Position numbers and translations under genes: made by a program. The notes below the pieces were generated by a model, which saw only the letters and a program-made list of their open reading frames with translations, had not been told where the DNA came from and searched no databases. From Octopus sinensis (taxonomy: Eukaryota), in assembly GCF_006345805.1 (NCBI RefSeq), contig NC_043009.1, positions 13,516,001 to 13,580,000 of the forward strand: a DNA stretch of 64,000 nucleotides. Direction: 5' to 3'. Shown here piece by piece: positions 26,111 to 40,913 of the stretch; within the stretch, counting starts at the first letter, position 1; each line of letters begins with the position of its first letter.

Positions 26111-27059
26111 ATTTCGTCCTTTTGCTGACGAAAGAAGTACTATTACGGTACTGGTTTGATGTGTTCCGCCATACTGCCTATAACGATTGTTCCTTCCTCC
26201 TAAGTTGGCAGTCAGTGCAAGCGAAAGACTAGCGGATGATGAAGTCTGAAAAGTTTCGGACAAGCTATTTTGCAGTTTAATGAAGTTAAATTATAGTTAA
26301 GCCAATTTCCAGTTTTGTCTTTCAACACTACGCCTTCCATCAAACAACAAGCATTCCACACGTAACAGAAAACAGTATGGTCTTTGTGTCTACGTAGGAA
26401 GCCATTGTTATTTGAGGCGTGATGGAGTGACAAGAACAATAGGTGCCAGATTAAGAAATTTTTTATTTATTGAACACAGAGACAGGGAAACAAACGGAAA
26501 GGAATATAAAACGAAAATAATTGTTATGGGTCCAAGAGAACTTCAGATTGTGACGGTTTTATAATAAACAAACCATATTTGATTAAATTGTAAGGGAATT
26601 AATCAAATATCAAAACTTAAAAATTAGATTTGAATATACTGAAAGGAAATAAAATGCATTTATTGCATTTCCTCTTGTATGGTTGTTCTGTTGCTGCGTC
26701 TTTAAACCAATCTTCCTCAGCTCCACCAATACACAATTCCTCAGCCTCTTTTTTTGTACTCTCTCCTTCTCACTCTCTCCTGCACACAGTCCCTCGCACT
26801 TACACATTATTTCCCACATTTCATGTTTTACCTATAACCATATACATAATTATTTTTCTCTTTTCTGACTACACGCGTAACTTGCACGCATATACACGCT
26901 CACAGAGAGATGATGCGCGCGCACACACACACACACACACACACATATAAATATGTAAATATACTCGGAAAATAGCATAAACAAAGACACGGTAACATAC
27001 ACACACCCCACAAATTCTTCTCCACTCTCAGGCTTATTCTTGTGAGTGTATGTGTGTTG

Positions 27060-27350
27060 ACACTGTGTATGTATGTATGTATGCATGTATGTATTATGTA
27101 TGTATGTATGTATGTATGTATGTATGTATGTATGTATGTTTGTATGTATGTGTGTATGTGTGTATGTATGTATGCATGTATGTATGTATGTATGTATGTA
27201 TGCATGCATGTATGTATGTATGTATGTATGTATGTATATATATATATGTATGCATGCATGTATGTATGTATGTATGTATGTATGCATGCATGCATGTATG
27301 TATGTATGTATGTATGTATGTATGTATGTATGTATGTATGTATATAGGTA
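27060..27350. repeat. (TATG)n microsatellite
   Basis: Direct inspection. Comparable (TA)n, (TG)n, (GATA)n, (ATT)n and (GAT)n arrays occur at about 1-300, 2030-2520, 3350-3500, 3745-3960, 9178-9300, 9790-10050, 13190-13585, 31290-31730, 35200-35375, 41680-42000, 43265-43362, 44595-44950, 49265-49760 and 62455-62635. Confidence 0.95.
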
Positions 27351-28589
27351 GGTACAAACACAGAATACACACAAACACACGCAAAAAAAAATAATAAATA
27401 CCCAATATTGAAAAAGGAGCTGGTTCCCCTTCACTGACATAAAATCTTTGAAAATTAGCTAAAGCAAATTAGCAAATAATTCAATTGTTTACCAGACATC
27501 TGAAACAATGTAATGAAGTATACAGAAATGATCAACTTGTGTGATCTGTGTATTAATGCGTTTGCGCATGCTCGTTTGTGTGTTGCGTTCAAGTGTGCGA
27601 ATGCAAGTATTTGCGTTAGCATATTCGTGAGCAAATGGTCTGTGTGCGCGCTCATGTGTTGTACATTATGTGTTGCGTTAGAAGATCTGTATGTAGATGT
27701 GTGTGTTTATATTTCTGTGCGTAATACCCACGTGTGCATCGATGCGTGTAGCTGTCCTGTTATTATATTCATTTATGTGTGTGCTACGAGCGTAAGTGTA
27801 TACACCAAGCTTTATTTGCAACTAAGTGTGTGTATGTTGTGTGTCTGTGTGTAAGTCTGAATGCGCTTGTTGTAAGAGTATGTCTATTTATATCTTTAGA
27901 TGTATGTGCATGTGCATTTATTAATGTCTATGTTCGTCTTTGTGGCGTGCCTATGTATGTGCCTGACTGGCTCATTATGAATTTGTGTCTTTGTATGTTT
28001 ATTCGTATGCCTCTTCCTGTTAGTATGTGGTTATGTTTCTGAATGTGTCTATTTATCGTATATTTATCTTTGTTCACTCTACTGAGAGATTCAACATTAA
28101 ATAAATAACATACAAAAATAAATATATAAACCATAAATATATAAATAACCCGAAATTGTGATGAAAGGGAAATATATCTCTTTGTCTTTATACAATTTAT
28201 AAACAATACTGAAGCTGTGATCAACCTTGGTTGTAGTGGTGTCGGTGTTGATGATAGTTGGGGTTCTAATCACGGGGATGATGAATAGGATTGCTGTGGT
28301 GCTGGAGTTCGAATTTTGGTTGTAAGAATGGTAGGATAATTTGTTTGTTGTTCTTGTGTTTAAGCATCAGGAATGCCTTAACTTATCAATAAATAACATT
28401 CGCAAATTTTTCTGGGATATTGCGAAGGATGGGAAATATTATTCCCATCCTTTCCAAAGCAGTAGATGGTAGTGTAATATGAGAGAAATTTAGCAGCTAT
28501 TTCAACTGAAGTCAGCGACTACGTAGAGGCTCGATGTTTGGCTGAGTGAGCTGTTTCATAATGACGTCAGTGATGATGATGGTTTCTGA

Positions 28590-28878
28590 AGTATCTGTAT
28601 TTCAAAGGGCCAGTTTCATCACTCACTGTTTCACGCTGAATCTCCACGAGAACTACGTTAAAGGCATACGAGGTCTGTGGAGTGCTCAGCCACTTACACG
28701 TTAATTTCCGAGGATCGGATCAACTGGAACCCTCGTCGTCATAACCGACGAAGTGCTACGTGATCACATAACCGACCAGGCTATCAGATGTTGTTACACA
28801 TCGCTGGTCACAATGTGCTTCGCATTATTTTAGCCTTCAAATGACGCCACCCCGCTGGCTAAGCGAGCAGGCCAATAT
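28590..28878 (+). mobile_element. 3' half of a C3-type SINE followed by another short interspersed-repeat fragment
   Basis: ctgtatttcaaagggcc...gagaactacgtta...gtggagtgctcagccactt...ggatcaactggaaccctcgtcgtc matches 47135-47310. Confidence 0.75.
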
Positions 28879-28882
28879 ATAT

Positions 28883-28923
<41 letters not shown>

Positions 28924-29510
28924 ATATATATATAGATACATGAACGGACATGGTAGGACACCTGATACATTATGACGCAAATAAAATGCCATCCTTCAGA
29001 CGCGAGCACCCATAGACATGCACTCGCGTGCACACATAAAACATATACACACAGTCACCATGCACCAGCATTTATGTACAAAAGGTGTTAGACTGGGGGA
29101 GTCGTTAGCGCGTCGAATGCAATGCTTCACTATTTTCCTTCTAGGGTTCTACACTCAAAATTTAGTTTCTATTGCGGTGGAGTTTGCATTCATTTTTTTT
29201 AAATCGATAAGGATTAAACTGCATGAATTTCACTACGACCCTCCCGCCCTACAATATTCACATCCTGGGTAACCCACTGGGATCAAGTGTGTGAATTTCA
29301 AGGTAGCGTCTACTCTAATCAACGTGGGCACGTAATCTATAAGAAAGAGTGATGGCAAGCTATATTCAACTGAACTTGATAGATGTACTGAACTTGTTAC
29401 GTACACGCACGCACACACAAACACATACACAAACAAACACACACATACACACTCAAAAGTACACGCGTATACGCACAAATATATTTTCTATATCTTACTC
29501 ATGTAAACTT

Positions 29511-29905
29511 CGAGTGCCTGTGTGGTAAGAAGCTGGCTTTCCAACCTCATGGTTCCGCGTTCAGACCCACTGCAACTGTCTTCTACTATAGCCTCTGGCC
29601 GACAAAAGTCTTGTGAGTGGATTTGGTAGACGGAAACGGAAGGAAGCTCAATATATAATATGTATATATTTATGTGTATGTGTGTGTGTGCTTCTGCCTG
29701 TGTTTGTCCTTTCAACACCACTTCAACCGGTGTTGGTGTATTTACGTCCACATAACCCTAGCGGTTCTGCAAAAGGAAACGATAAAATAACTACTAGGCT
29801 TTAAAAATAAGTCCTAAGGTCGATTTGTTCTACAAAAATCTTCCAAGGCGATGCTGCAGCATGTCTGTCGTCAGGTGACTGAAACGAGTAAAAGAATAAA
29901 ACAAT
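29511..29905 (+). mobile_element. SINE group A, diverged
   Basis: Recognisable head, gtgagtggatttggtagacggaaac body and gactgaaacgagtaaaaga tail. Confidence 0.75.
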
Positions 29906-30374
29906 AAATACATCATAGAAAGCTTTGGTTATCTCGTAATTGAATTTATGATGAAAATTATATTGCTGTCATCTATTTTTGTTACAACTTGATTGGTCAA
30001 GAAATTGCTTTATATTTTGAAATGGTGGAAACGTTAGTGTGCCACACAAAATCCCTTGTCGGCTTCTTGTTACCGTTCTTTGTATACTGGCGTTCATATC
30101 CCATAAAAAAAAATCTGTTGTCGATGGAATACACACTTGGCAATAAATGGTGATATTAAATATATACCTTGCTTTACAAGAAGTATCAGTGGACAAAATA
30201 CCATGTAGTATTTCTCTGGACTCTACGTTCTGATGTCAAATTCCACTGAGTCTCTAACAATTTAGTACCGGTTAAGTTTTAGTTTAGATTTAATAGATTA
30301 AGCTCTCTCTTGATTTTAGGCTATATTTCTAAATTACTAATATTTTCTATAATTTTTTTTTTTTACACCAGCAA

Positions 30375-30770
30375 TGTGTGGAGCTCGCAGAAACGACTGG
30401 ACGCCGGACAAAAGGCTTAGGCAGCACTTTGTCTGTCTTTACGTTCTGAGTTCAAATTTCTCCGAGGTCAATTTCTCTGTTCATTCTATCGGGGTTGATG
30501 AAATAAAGACCAGTCATGCACTTAAATGTAATCGGCCACACACTCCCCTAAAATGACGGGCCTTGTGTCTATAGAAAGGTTTATTATTGCACCAACAAGG
30601 CGGCGAGCTGGCAGAATCGTTAGCATTCCAAGTAAAATGATAAGCGGCATGTCACCTTTCTTTATATTATCGTTTGTTCGTCTAGGGTCGATGAAATAAA
30701 TACCAGTTGAGCACTGGTGTCCAGAAAATTGACTAACCCATTCTACAAAGTTTCAGGTTTCGCGCCTATA
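30375..30770 (+). mobile_element. Two head-to-tail decayed SINE group B copies
   Basis: acgttctgagttcaaattt...ggggttgatgaaataaagacc and ggcggcgagctggcagaatcgttagca...gggtcgatgaaataaataccag. Confidence 0.65.
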
Positions 30771-31302
30771 GTATTTTTTTACTCCATTATTGTTCTCATC
30801 ATCATTACCAGCCACAATGTCATTCTTTGTATCCCTAACGTCATTCTCATTAACAATGTCACCTTTAGTATCCCTGATATCATCATTAACGCAGGAATGT
30901 TTTAGAAGTCAGACGATAAGAAGGTCTATCGTGTTAAGAACATCTTCTAACGAGATTAAATTAATAAAACAAAATCACCAACGCATATGTACAAAGCAGC
31001 ACATATCTATCAATTGTAAGGAAGTATGAATCAAAGACGGAGACAGGCAGAAGAGGAGGGGGCAAGAAAGAGAGAGAATTGGCCATGGTTGAATATATTA
31101 ATACAAGAGCGGAACTGAAAAGGGAATAACCCTCAAAATTGATATTCACTACGTCATTAATAGAATATTAAGATATAAGATTCATATATTAATACTGTCC
31201 TTCGCATAAATTTACAACCTCACATTTATTTAATTACAATTATATTTATATTTATGTACGCTTACGCACAGCTATGGAACTCAACCAAATTGATATATAT
31301 AT

Positions 31303-31374
<72 letters not shown>

Positions 31375-31475
31375 CAAATACTATAGTCGCATACATATCA
31401 ATATTTATCCAGCCATTCACATACAATATATGTGTGTGTGTGTATATGTATGTATACTTACATGAATACATATAT

Positions 31476-31538
<63 letters not shown>

Positions 31539-34500
31539 TTCATACATACATAGTTACATATGTATGTATATATACATTTATATACATACATACACATGCA
31601 TATATATATATGTATGTATATATAAATACATATACATACATATACACCCACCCACGCACAAACACATGCTCACGCACACGCGTACATACTTACATACATA
31701 CATACACACACACATTCATGCATATATGTAACACAAAAGAACTAACATTCGTTTTGTTCAGAAGAGAGAGAGAGAGAGAATGACGAGAAGGGGAATGTGG
31801 TGAGATAGCAGAAGAGGAACAAATGGAGGAGACTATTGGTTTTGTGATTACTTAATGAAATTAAGATATTTTAAAATAAACAAAGATACCACATATAAAA
31901 CAGTTAGTCTGATCGGAGGCAATTGCAGTAGTTTCAATGAAACGTGATATATTCTGGTGCCGTACCGCTAAACGGACATTTCTTTATGTACATCTCTGTG
32001 TATGAGCATCTGTAGGACGTATGTATGAATATGTATACATACATGTATGCGTGTGCAAAATGTGTGTTTGTATGTATGCGTTTAAGTATGGAACATCAGT
32101 CGATCAAGAGTTGGATCAAGAGCTTCGCAACAAGAATCCCATTAATCAAATATCATTTCTGCATTGCACCATTTTTCTTCTACAATGGCACCATTGAAGT
32201 TAACGTCGCTACACACTCACAACAAAAACAAAACAAAAACAAAAACAAAACTAAAAAAGCAACAACCAAAAACATGTGCTTTCGGAACACATACACAAAT
32301 ATTTACGGATATATGTGTATATGTATGTATGTTTACATGGATAGATGAATGGGTAGATGTGTGGATGGATGGATGGATTGATGGATAGATGGATGGATGT
32401 ACATATAAACCGGGATAGCATTTTATTGGATATCTACCAATGCAGATATATCAAATGACTATTAGTGATTCTTGTTTCATTTCAATAGTTTTCTGGTGTG
32501 TTTTTTTTTCTTTTTTTAATTTCTAATATATCTTTTAGCAGCAGCTTGCTGTGCAACGAAGGCATATCGCGAATAGTGTGATAAGCGGTAAAGAAACATG
32601 TTTATCTCTGAAGCTTGTAATAAGTAAGAGGGAGCGACATAACCAAATACAACCTATCTACATACGGATGTGTCTGTGTATATGTAGTTATATGTACATA
32701 CATGTTTGTGTGTGCATTTGTGGATATTTGTCTGTGTGCTGCATATATGAGTTCTGCTCTTATATGCTGTGATAATTGTCAGTGTGTGTGGATGTCCATG
32801 ATATGATCAATTGATGTGTCACTGATCTATTATTGACAATGCCTGAGAGATAAGACAACCCCAGTTACCATATTAGCATATTTATCAATTTATATTATAA
32901 ATAGAATAAATAGTGGAAAATATATGATATTCATTATTAGTCTGTTATGATTCTTAGTTATTAATTCATGGAAACGGAGAAAGTTGGAAAGTGTCCCATG
33001 CAGTCGATTGTGAAAACTATTGGTATTTTTTTTTTACTCATTATATACTAAAATGTGATAACGTTTGTCAAGTGTGATAACAGGGCGAAATGACAATATG
33101 CCTTATAATAGATACATCTCGACGGAATAGCTATCAAAATAAGTTGCTATTATTTGCCGCTGTCAATATAACAACGACAAGTGAATGTGAAGAATGTAGT
33201 TTGTCTGAATAATTCTCTCCAAAACTGAAGTATTTGAGTCGCTCGACGGATGGTAAACTCGTGCAATGAAATGAAATGCGAACCTGTAATTATCATCAAA
33301 CCAATAGCCAGCATCCTTTCTTTGGAAGCCATCTTAGAAAAGTATACTGCCTTCTGACAGAGAAGTATGATGAGATGTGAGGAGAATTTTCTTCTCAATA
33401 TATTAACTATTCAGATACTTCAGCGTATATATTTAGTATGCAGGGCATTCTAAGAGTTACTTTCTTTCATCCAAATTCTTAATTTTCACCAACAGCTTCA
33501 GAATATTCTTTCTTCCTCGATAAATTAAGTACCAGTTGCGTACTGGGGTCGATCTAATCGACTGGCACTTCCCCCAAATTTCAGGCCTTGTGCGTAGAGT
33601 AGAAAAGAATATTCTTTCTTTCTTTATATAAACTAATTTCGAAGTCTTGTCAAGTAAGAAGACCTTGCTTTACTGAGGAAATTCTTAATACCGAAGCGTT
33701 TTCTGTTGATTTTACCACTTCACTTTATAACAAAACTTACATCTATTTGTATCTTCTTTATTTTCAGAAATTCTCATTTAGTTGCTCTCATTGCATTTAT
33801 CTCTCTTGGTTATTGATATTAAAGCTAAAAACTTCTGGTCGGTGTTTTGTCTACAAACTTCAAAATCCCGACAAATCGAAGGTTTTAAACTCAGAATACA
33901 AATACGAATCTCTATAGCATGTGCATCTATTACGCAACAAGTTCTCCGGCGGTATTTCTCTCAGTCATATATTTACTATTTATAGAGTGACTTAATGATA
34001 TTCATAAGAACTACCGGTGGTATAAATCAAAAAAGGTTTCCACCATATACTAAATAGTCTCGGTTGGCGAGTTCGAGTTTGCTTCTTTACCCTCATTTTG
34101 CCATCTAATTTCCTTCGGTCAAATATTTTAGATCTACTTAAGATGTGTACATAGAATCACATACGAGGGATCATGTATTCGTTGAGAAGACACACTAAAA
34201 CATATAATCTTCATCAGAGCTGTTATTCAAGGAAAAATGTCAGTTTTAGTGCATGATATTTATGAAGTCGAAATAACTTTAAATTTATCACCAATATTTA
34301 CTTTTGACATTTTACTGTCGATGCGCTGCGGAAAGGAATTTGGTAGGGTAATCAATTTGTCGATTTCCTGTCTATGGGTGTAAAACATTTGAACTGCGTT
34401 GATTATACATTAAAAAGAAAATGATGATCGTGTTTGAAAGAATAGCTTTCACTCTTGCCATTTAAATCTTGTGAATGATGATTTGACATAGCTTCAATGT

Positions 34501-35470
34501 ATTATTTCCATTAAGTTCCCTCAGTAGCTAAACTAGTATTCCTAACATTTAGATATCTGCTAAAGAAATACAACGAAAATAGCGCGCCAAGTACGTCACG
34601 AATATGCATGCTAATCTCATTGAAACATGCTTGAATTGTGACTAACTAGACATTAATCATTGGCCTCAGTCATTAATAATTAAAAAAATAATTGCAAAAC
34701 TTATCGCCAAAATTTAAACCAATAATTAATATAAAGGTTAATACAAACATGATTTTGAAATGATACGAATCACATGATTTCATATTTGATTCTTTTTTTT
34801 TTTTCTATCTCATTCATTTCGAGCTCAGTTTTCAATTGGCCCATTCAGATCTCCGCTTGTTCTCTATCAAGATTGTTTGAGAGTAAAGTAAAGGCTCATT
34901 TGAATATCGCAATCTGAAATCAGTTAATGATGGCCTATACAAAGTAAATATCGATAATGATGTTGTGCTTTTCAATGAAATAGAATTGAAATTTACCAAT
35001 AACCACCGGAGCCTATAGAATATTTTTCCCAAGTTAATCAGCAAATGACCGTTAATGATAAAGCCATGACATTTACTGTTTGTTCTTTTGTGTTTTTCCT
35101 TCATGTTTACGTTTTTAAAGTTTCTTAGTAAAACCCGTCTGAGTTATAAGCATCGAAGCTGATTCGCTATAAAATATAAACGCCATCATTATTATTTTTA
35201 TTGTCGTTCATGTTTTTATTGTTGTTGTTGTTGATCGTGATGATGTTGTTGGTGGTGGTGGTCGTGATGATAAGGATGATGATGATAACGATGATGATGG
35301 TGATGATGATGATGATGATGATAATGATGATGATGATGATGATGATGACGACGACGACGATGATGATGATAGCAATGAATCACACTTTGCACTCGATATG
35401 TACCGAGAATCTAAGTTTTAAAAGGAGTAGGTATGTCCTCAGTGAAGGAATGGAGAATTGATAATTTACG

Positions 35471-35808
35471 TATATAAAGCGGAATAGCAGAAGAGGATCA
35501 ACCGACTTCGGCTGAGATCATCACGCGACACTTGCCACTCCACTGAATTGCTATGACTATACCCGTAGATTTCCGTGAATATCTTTGGTGTCGGATCAAG
35601 TTCGACATTTTGTGCATGTCTCGGTAGACTACATTTTATGACTTCATAAACCCCTCAGGTGATTTCACGAGGAATTTATTATTTGGGCTTTCAAAATGAT
35701 CGAACCTTTCTTCTCCGCCAATCACCAGGTTTTTAAGCTCTTCAGTTTTTTAGTTGTTTTTTTTTTGCCTTGGGAAGAACTGTTAAGTTCAGTATGACGT
35801 GTGGAGAG
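35471..35808 (+). promoter_or_regulatory. Candidate Pol II core promoter and non-coding exon 1 of FMRFa
   Basis: TATATAAAG at 35471; Inr-like TCA with its A at 35500 (29 nt downstream); locally CpG-rich non-repetitive sequence; plausible donor GAG|gtaggc at 35809. The link to FMRFa is inference only. Confidence 0.3.
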
Positions 35809-38517
35809 GTAGGCGCTTTATATGTGAGTTACTTTACATTTATATTACTTTGTGCTAGGGTGATTTTCTTTTGAAATTCTAAATCCTTTAACGCTGTTTC
35901 CGACATTTTACCTACTTGCTTTCTGTCTCTTTTACATTATCAGAAGACGATACGATAACGTTGTAAGTTATAAGAGGAAGAGTTGATGACAGGGCTTCTT
36001 AATCGGCTCTTGGGACTGAGGACATAATATACAACTTTCAATTTGAGAATCCACGCATATAGTTTCCACAGCTTGCCGCTGCTTTATTTTTTCTTATAAC
36101 TTGCCCAACTCCTTTGGTTGAAAAATCTTATATGATTTTTACTGGCATGTGGATAGTCATATTTCTGCGATTTCTTTTCTGAGTCATCAGTCCTAAAACT
36201 TCCACACGTTACTAAAGGGCACAAATAAGCAATCATTTTGTGGACTTCTGGGATCATGAAGATACATCCATATGCATCTCATGTGACAACATATCACCAA
36301 TATTCGCATCAGTAGTGATCTCAGCTCGTCTCCGATGTCTTTTACTTCATTCCACGGACAGGTATGCGACACGCTACTCGGAGTTGTCGTTTTCTCAACT
36401 CCTCGGTTTATAAACAAGCATTTTGTCATAAACACTCGTTCGAAATATGGAAAAGATCTTATTTCACACAACATCTACAGTTCTCTGCAGTTGCTAATTC
36501 GGATAATGTGCTAAGTCACACGGTTTTTCGAGATGCCGTGACAATATTTTTATCGTATGTAGTGTTTCTTCTTTTTGGTACTCTGTAAAAAACTGTGTTG
36601 TTGATGTACTTAATCACACACCTCTACCAGGAAGGTTTTTACCACCCTAATACCTTATATCTAATACCTGTGTGTTTCAGTTCGCTCCAGCAAAAGCAGG
36701 ACTGTTAAAATGCTTTCCTGTTTCTGAATTAGAACCTTCCTATTTTCTGCTGTTCCTTCCTTAATTATGTTTCTGTTTGACAGCAGCTATGTAAGCATTG
36801 CTATTATTGTTGATTTTAGGATATCAGTTTTTTTCTGTTTATCTTTTCACTGGGAAACTAAATGATCGTTTTATGTCAAAAGGGCGTATTCAGTACTATT
36901 CCCTTTCTTGCTTTTTTTATTGTTCTTCTGCTAGTAGTCATATTGGAAATTATTTTAAATGCAATAAAATTCCAGCGAGAAATATAATAGTGTTTTAAAC
37001 AGACCCTCTGTCTACATAAAGGATTTGGATAGACCTACCGACGTTCTATAGTCTCCTGATTCTCAAAATAATCCAAACTTATAATTTTCATCCACTAAAG
37101 AACGATAACAACCCATCTCCTCGGAGCCGTCCTTGAGAGCTCTCTGTGTGTGTCAAAATAAAAATACTAATTGCTCAATTTAAATGTCTCCAAATCCAGT
37201 TAATTAAATATAACCACATTATGCAAAATGGGTTACCTGGCTTGTCGTTGAGTACTATAAATATTTATACAATGGAGGGATGGGGCAAATATAGAATACA
37301 CGGTGACAAAGGAAAATTTGTAAATACACACACATTTGAGCGAACGCGCGCGCACACACACATAGACACCGTCGCCAACTAGGGACAACGATTCCTTAAA
37401 TTTTTAAGCAAAGTTGCAGATAAAGGAAGTTTATACGGTTGCTTTTTACGAAGAATTAGAAGACAGACACATTGCTGTTGTACCGAGTAGCGAGTCCTCA
37501 AATGGAATTCGCTGCCATACATGGAATATTTGCACTTTGTATTTTCTAAGAGCTCTTTTGTCACTCTGGACGCATCTCGAGCTAAGGGCAATTCCACACT
37601 TGGAGATTTCATCCGAAACTTGAAATACAAGGACGCAATTTGTAGCGTTTCTTCCTTAATTATGTTTCTGTTTGTAGCGTTTCGAGTGGCATGCAAGCTT
37701 TCAATGATCCTAGTTGTCGTGATTAACTGAGAATTCAGTCAACAGACAGTCAATGGGAATTTAAACTAATCACTGATCTGACTATAAATATATGTCGTGA
37801 TATATTGTAAGAATCTGCAATCATTAAACAGAAAATCACTCAATCCATTGAGGCCTATCGCAAAGTAGTGATAGTCGAATCTTATCAAAAGCTGTCAATA
37901 GGTCTTGTCCTCACTGAAACTGGCCTATGACCCACTAGATCTGCAGCATATTTCATAAGGCGCCTTTTATTTTCTTTTAACCCTTCTTTAATTCTGTGAA
38001 TTATTTGTAGTGTAATCCATCCCCAAATGTGAAGAGTGGAGCGAATTCATCAAATTCTGAGTAAAAAATTAGCTGATTTAGTTACTGTAGCTTTCCCGCG
38101 TCAGAAATGACAGATTATTGTTCATGTAACGAGGAAACAAAATTATAATCTATAGCCGACCTGCTGAAACTGTAAAATCCTTGTTTCTCCATGTAAGCAC
38201 TTGCAGGTTATGCTCGAGATAACCCGATTCGGCCAGCCAATGTCTCTAGAGTTACATTAATGAAATGCAGTTGGTATTTCTGAGGAATACTGAGCCGGTC
38301 TGCGTGAGTTATATATCTCCTACCTTCTCGGTTACTCTCAAACAATATCAGTATGCGTTCTAAATGTAATTGCTTTATACTAGTCATCAATTGTTCATTG
38401 TGGTACAATGAAGGGTGTATCAACGTAGCGTGAGAATTCTTTCTTCCATTTCCCTCTGTCTATACCAATCTACTATCCAATCTGTTTTACTCTCCTCATC
38501 GTCAGACGATAATACCT

Positions 38518-38748
38518 ATTTCTTTACCACCCCCAAGGGGCTAAACACAAAGAGGACAAACAAGGACAGACAAACGGATTAAGTCGATTATATTGACACC
38601 AGTGCGTAACTGGTACTTATTTAATCGACCCCGAAAGGATGAAAGGCAAAGTCGACCTCGGTGGTATTTGAACTCAGAATGTAGCGGCAGACGAAATACT
38701 GCTAAGCATTTCGCCCGGCGTGCTAACGTTTCTGCCAGTTCGCCGCCT
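38518..38748 (-). mobile_element. SINE group B, full length
   Basis: aatcgaccccgaaaggatgaaaggcaaagtcgacctcgg...catttcgcccggcgtgctaacgtttctgccag shared with the other copies. Confidence 0.85.
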
Positions 38749-40686
38749 TAGTCAGACGATAATACCGTGGCTTTCCAGATCACTTGCTTTCTACACGACT
38801 TACCTAATGAGCTTTCCTTTATTATTGCTTCCGGATTTATATTAATTCGTACAATAAATATGTATATAGAGAAGCTACAAGAATATTTGGGAATAAACGA
38901 AAGAGAGCGAGGCGTGGTAAATATGTAACTCCATATTTTGAAAGTTACACAAATATCACCAAAATGTCGACATATGAACGTAGAAATAATTAAGACGTGA
39001 TCAAAAGAAAACAATTTTTGTTAGTAGAAAAAAGCTCCTGACACCTCGAATATTCTTCGCTATCATAATCTGAGCTTCGGTCAGGAACTTTAAATCTCTC
39101 TTCCTAAAATTACTCGTGTGTAAGTCTTCGGGTAAAGCAGGCAGAAATGATCCTCGTCTAGGTTACAATGTAAATACTTTTCTTTGTAGCCAGCAAATTC
39201 CCGAAAAGCAAACTTTCTTTTTTTTCTATACCCTATGTAAGTAGAGTCTGTAAATTAGTCCTAAATCTGTTCCTAAAGTCTCGTATACTTCATTTAAACG
39301 TACATGAGATATAGTATTTCTCTTATCCTTGCTGTAATTACTGCTGCATCATTCACCGCTTCTCGAATTTTGCCTGGTAGCGAGTCCTCAAATGGTGTTC
39401 ACTTCCACTCACGTAATTCTTACACTTTCTACCTTCTACAACCTGTCCAGGGGATATTCCTTCCGTACGCTTGATGGGGTACAATGTAAGCATAATAAAA
39501 ATGATATTTCTTAAATTGACGCAAGACTGCAGGTTTGGTGGAAGATGATCAGTCGTTCAAATCGAATGTATTTTAAAGTTCCAGATATATAAAGTCTAGC
39601 GATTTTGCGAGTCCTGATTTACTATTATGATAACGACAATGGAAATAGTTCAGAATCTCGTAATAATTATTGTCGCAATGATTATCATTTTAAGTGAAGC
39701 GATGCATGTGCTTAAACTTTATTTGGACTCATTTTCAATATTTTCGACTTGTCGAAAAGGTATCTCTCTTCTACCCTTTTCAGACCAACGTTGACAAAAT
39801 AACTGAGCTTGCCCTACATTTGAACATATTCTCTTCTTAGTATTCAAAGATAATAACAGATAGAAACGAGGTAGAAAACTGATATGCACCACTATATTCT
39901 ATTCGCTATATTATCAAATTATTCACAGAAGTAGTTAAAGGTTCCAAAGTGATATCCCTAAAGTTTATGTTTTAGCAACATTTGAATATAAGATGATATT
40001 ATAAATTAGTGGTGGAGGGTGTCTCTGTAGTTGTCTGTCTCTTTACTGTTACTATTGCCGGTGGCGTAGATGGTATTATCACTAAATAGGGGACATGGCT
40101 TTTGTCAGATTCTTATACACTGAACTTCTTTGACAACCAACAGAATATGTGTAATCTAAATATCCGACTGAAAAATTTACAAGCTTTTCTCGTTGCTCAT
40201 ACGGTCTCTACATCTAGCTTTCTTCTTAGCTTGATATTCTTCCAAACACACACAAACATGCACACACATATTGTTTGTATATGTAAGTATATATATGCAT
40301 ATGTGGGTATGTCTGCATGTATGAGTGAATATGTATATACTTATACATTTGCATATAATGTGTGTCTGTGTGTGAGACTTTGCATATAAGTATGAATGCC
40401 TACAGGTCTGCATGTTCTTACGAAGTCATTGGAGCCCAGGAGAAATCTCAGATAAAAGAGAAAACTGTAACAGAAGTAAAAGTAACGTCTACTATTCTTT
40501 CAGTCAGACTAACTCTTACTCTATATCACTCACTGTCTCTCTCTCGACTTCCTTCTGCTTTTGTATATATATATATATATATATATATAAATTCATAAAT
40601 GAGGATGAAAAATTAGATATTAATTTAATAATACTATCAGTTTAACACCAAGTGGCTTAGCACATAAAAAAACAGGGAGACAATGC

Positions 40687-40913
40687 AAATTTATACTTAA
40701 ATATAAGAGAGTTACCGCTAAGTGGTTAACTCTAGTGCTAAAAATAGCTCCTTTTTCTGGTATAGCCACCAAAAGTTGTATTTCACTTTCCTTACGTTGA
40801 ATGTAATGTTATTTCTTATTGGAAACAACTTTTGGTGGCTATACCAGAAAAAGAAGCTATTTTTAGCACTAGAGTTAACCACTTAGCGGTAACTCCCTTA
40901 TATTTAAGTATAA

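Noticed and set aside
36756-39395. Short exact repeats: 24-mer cttccttaattatgtttctgtttg (36756, 37651) and 19-mer gtagcgagtcctcaaatgg (37487, 39377)
   Set aside because: Only two copies each at irregular spacing, with no array structure; most likely remnants of old interspersed repeats, not CRISPR-like or regulatory arrays.
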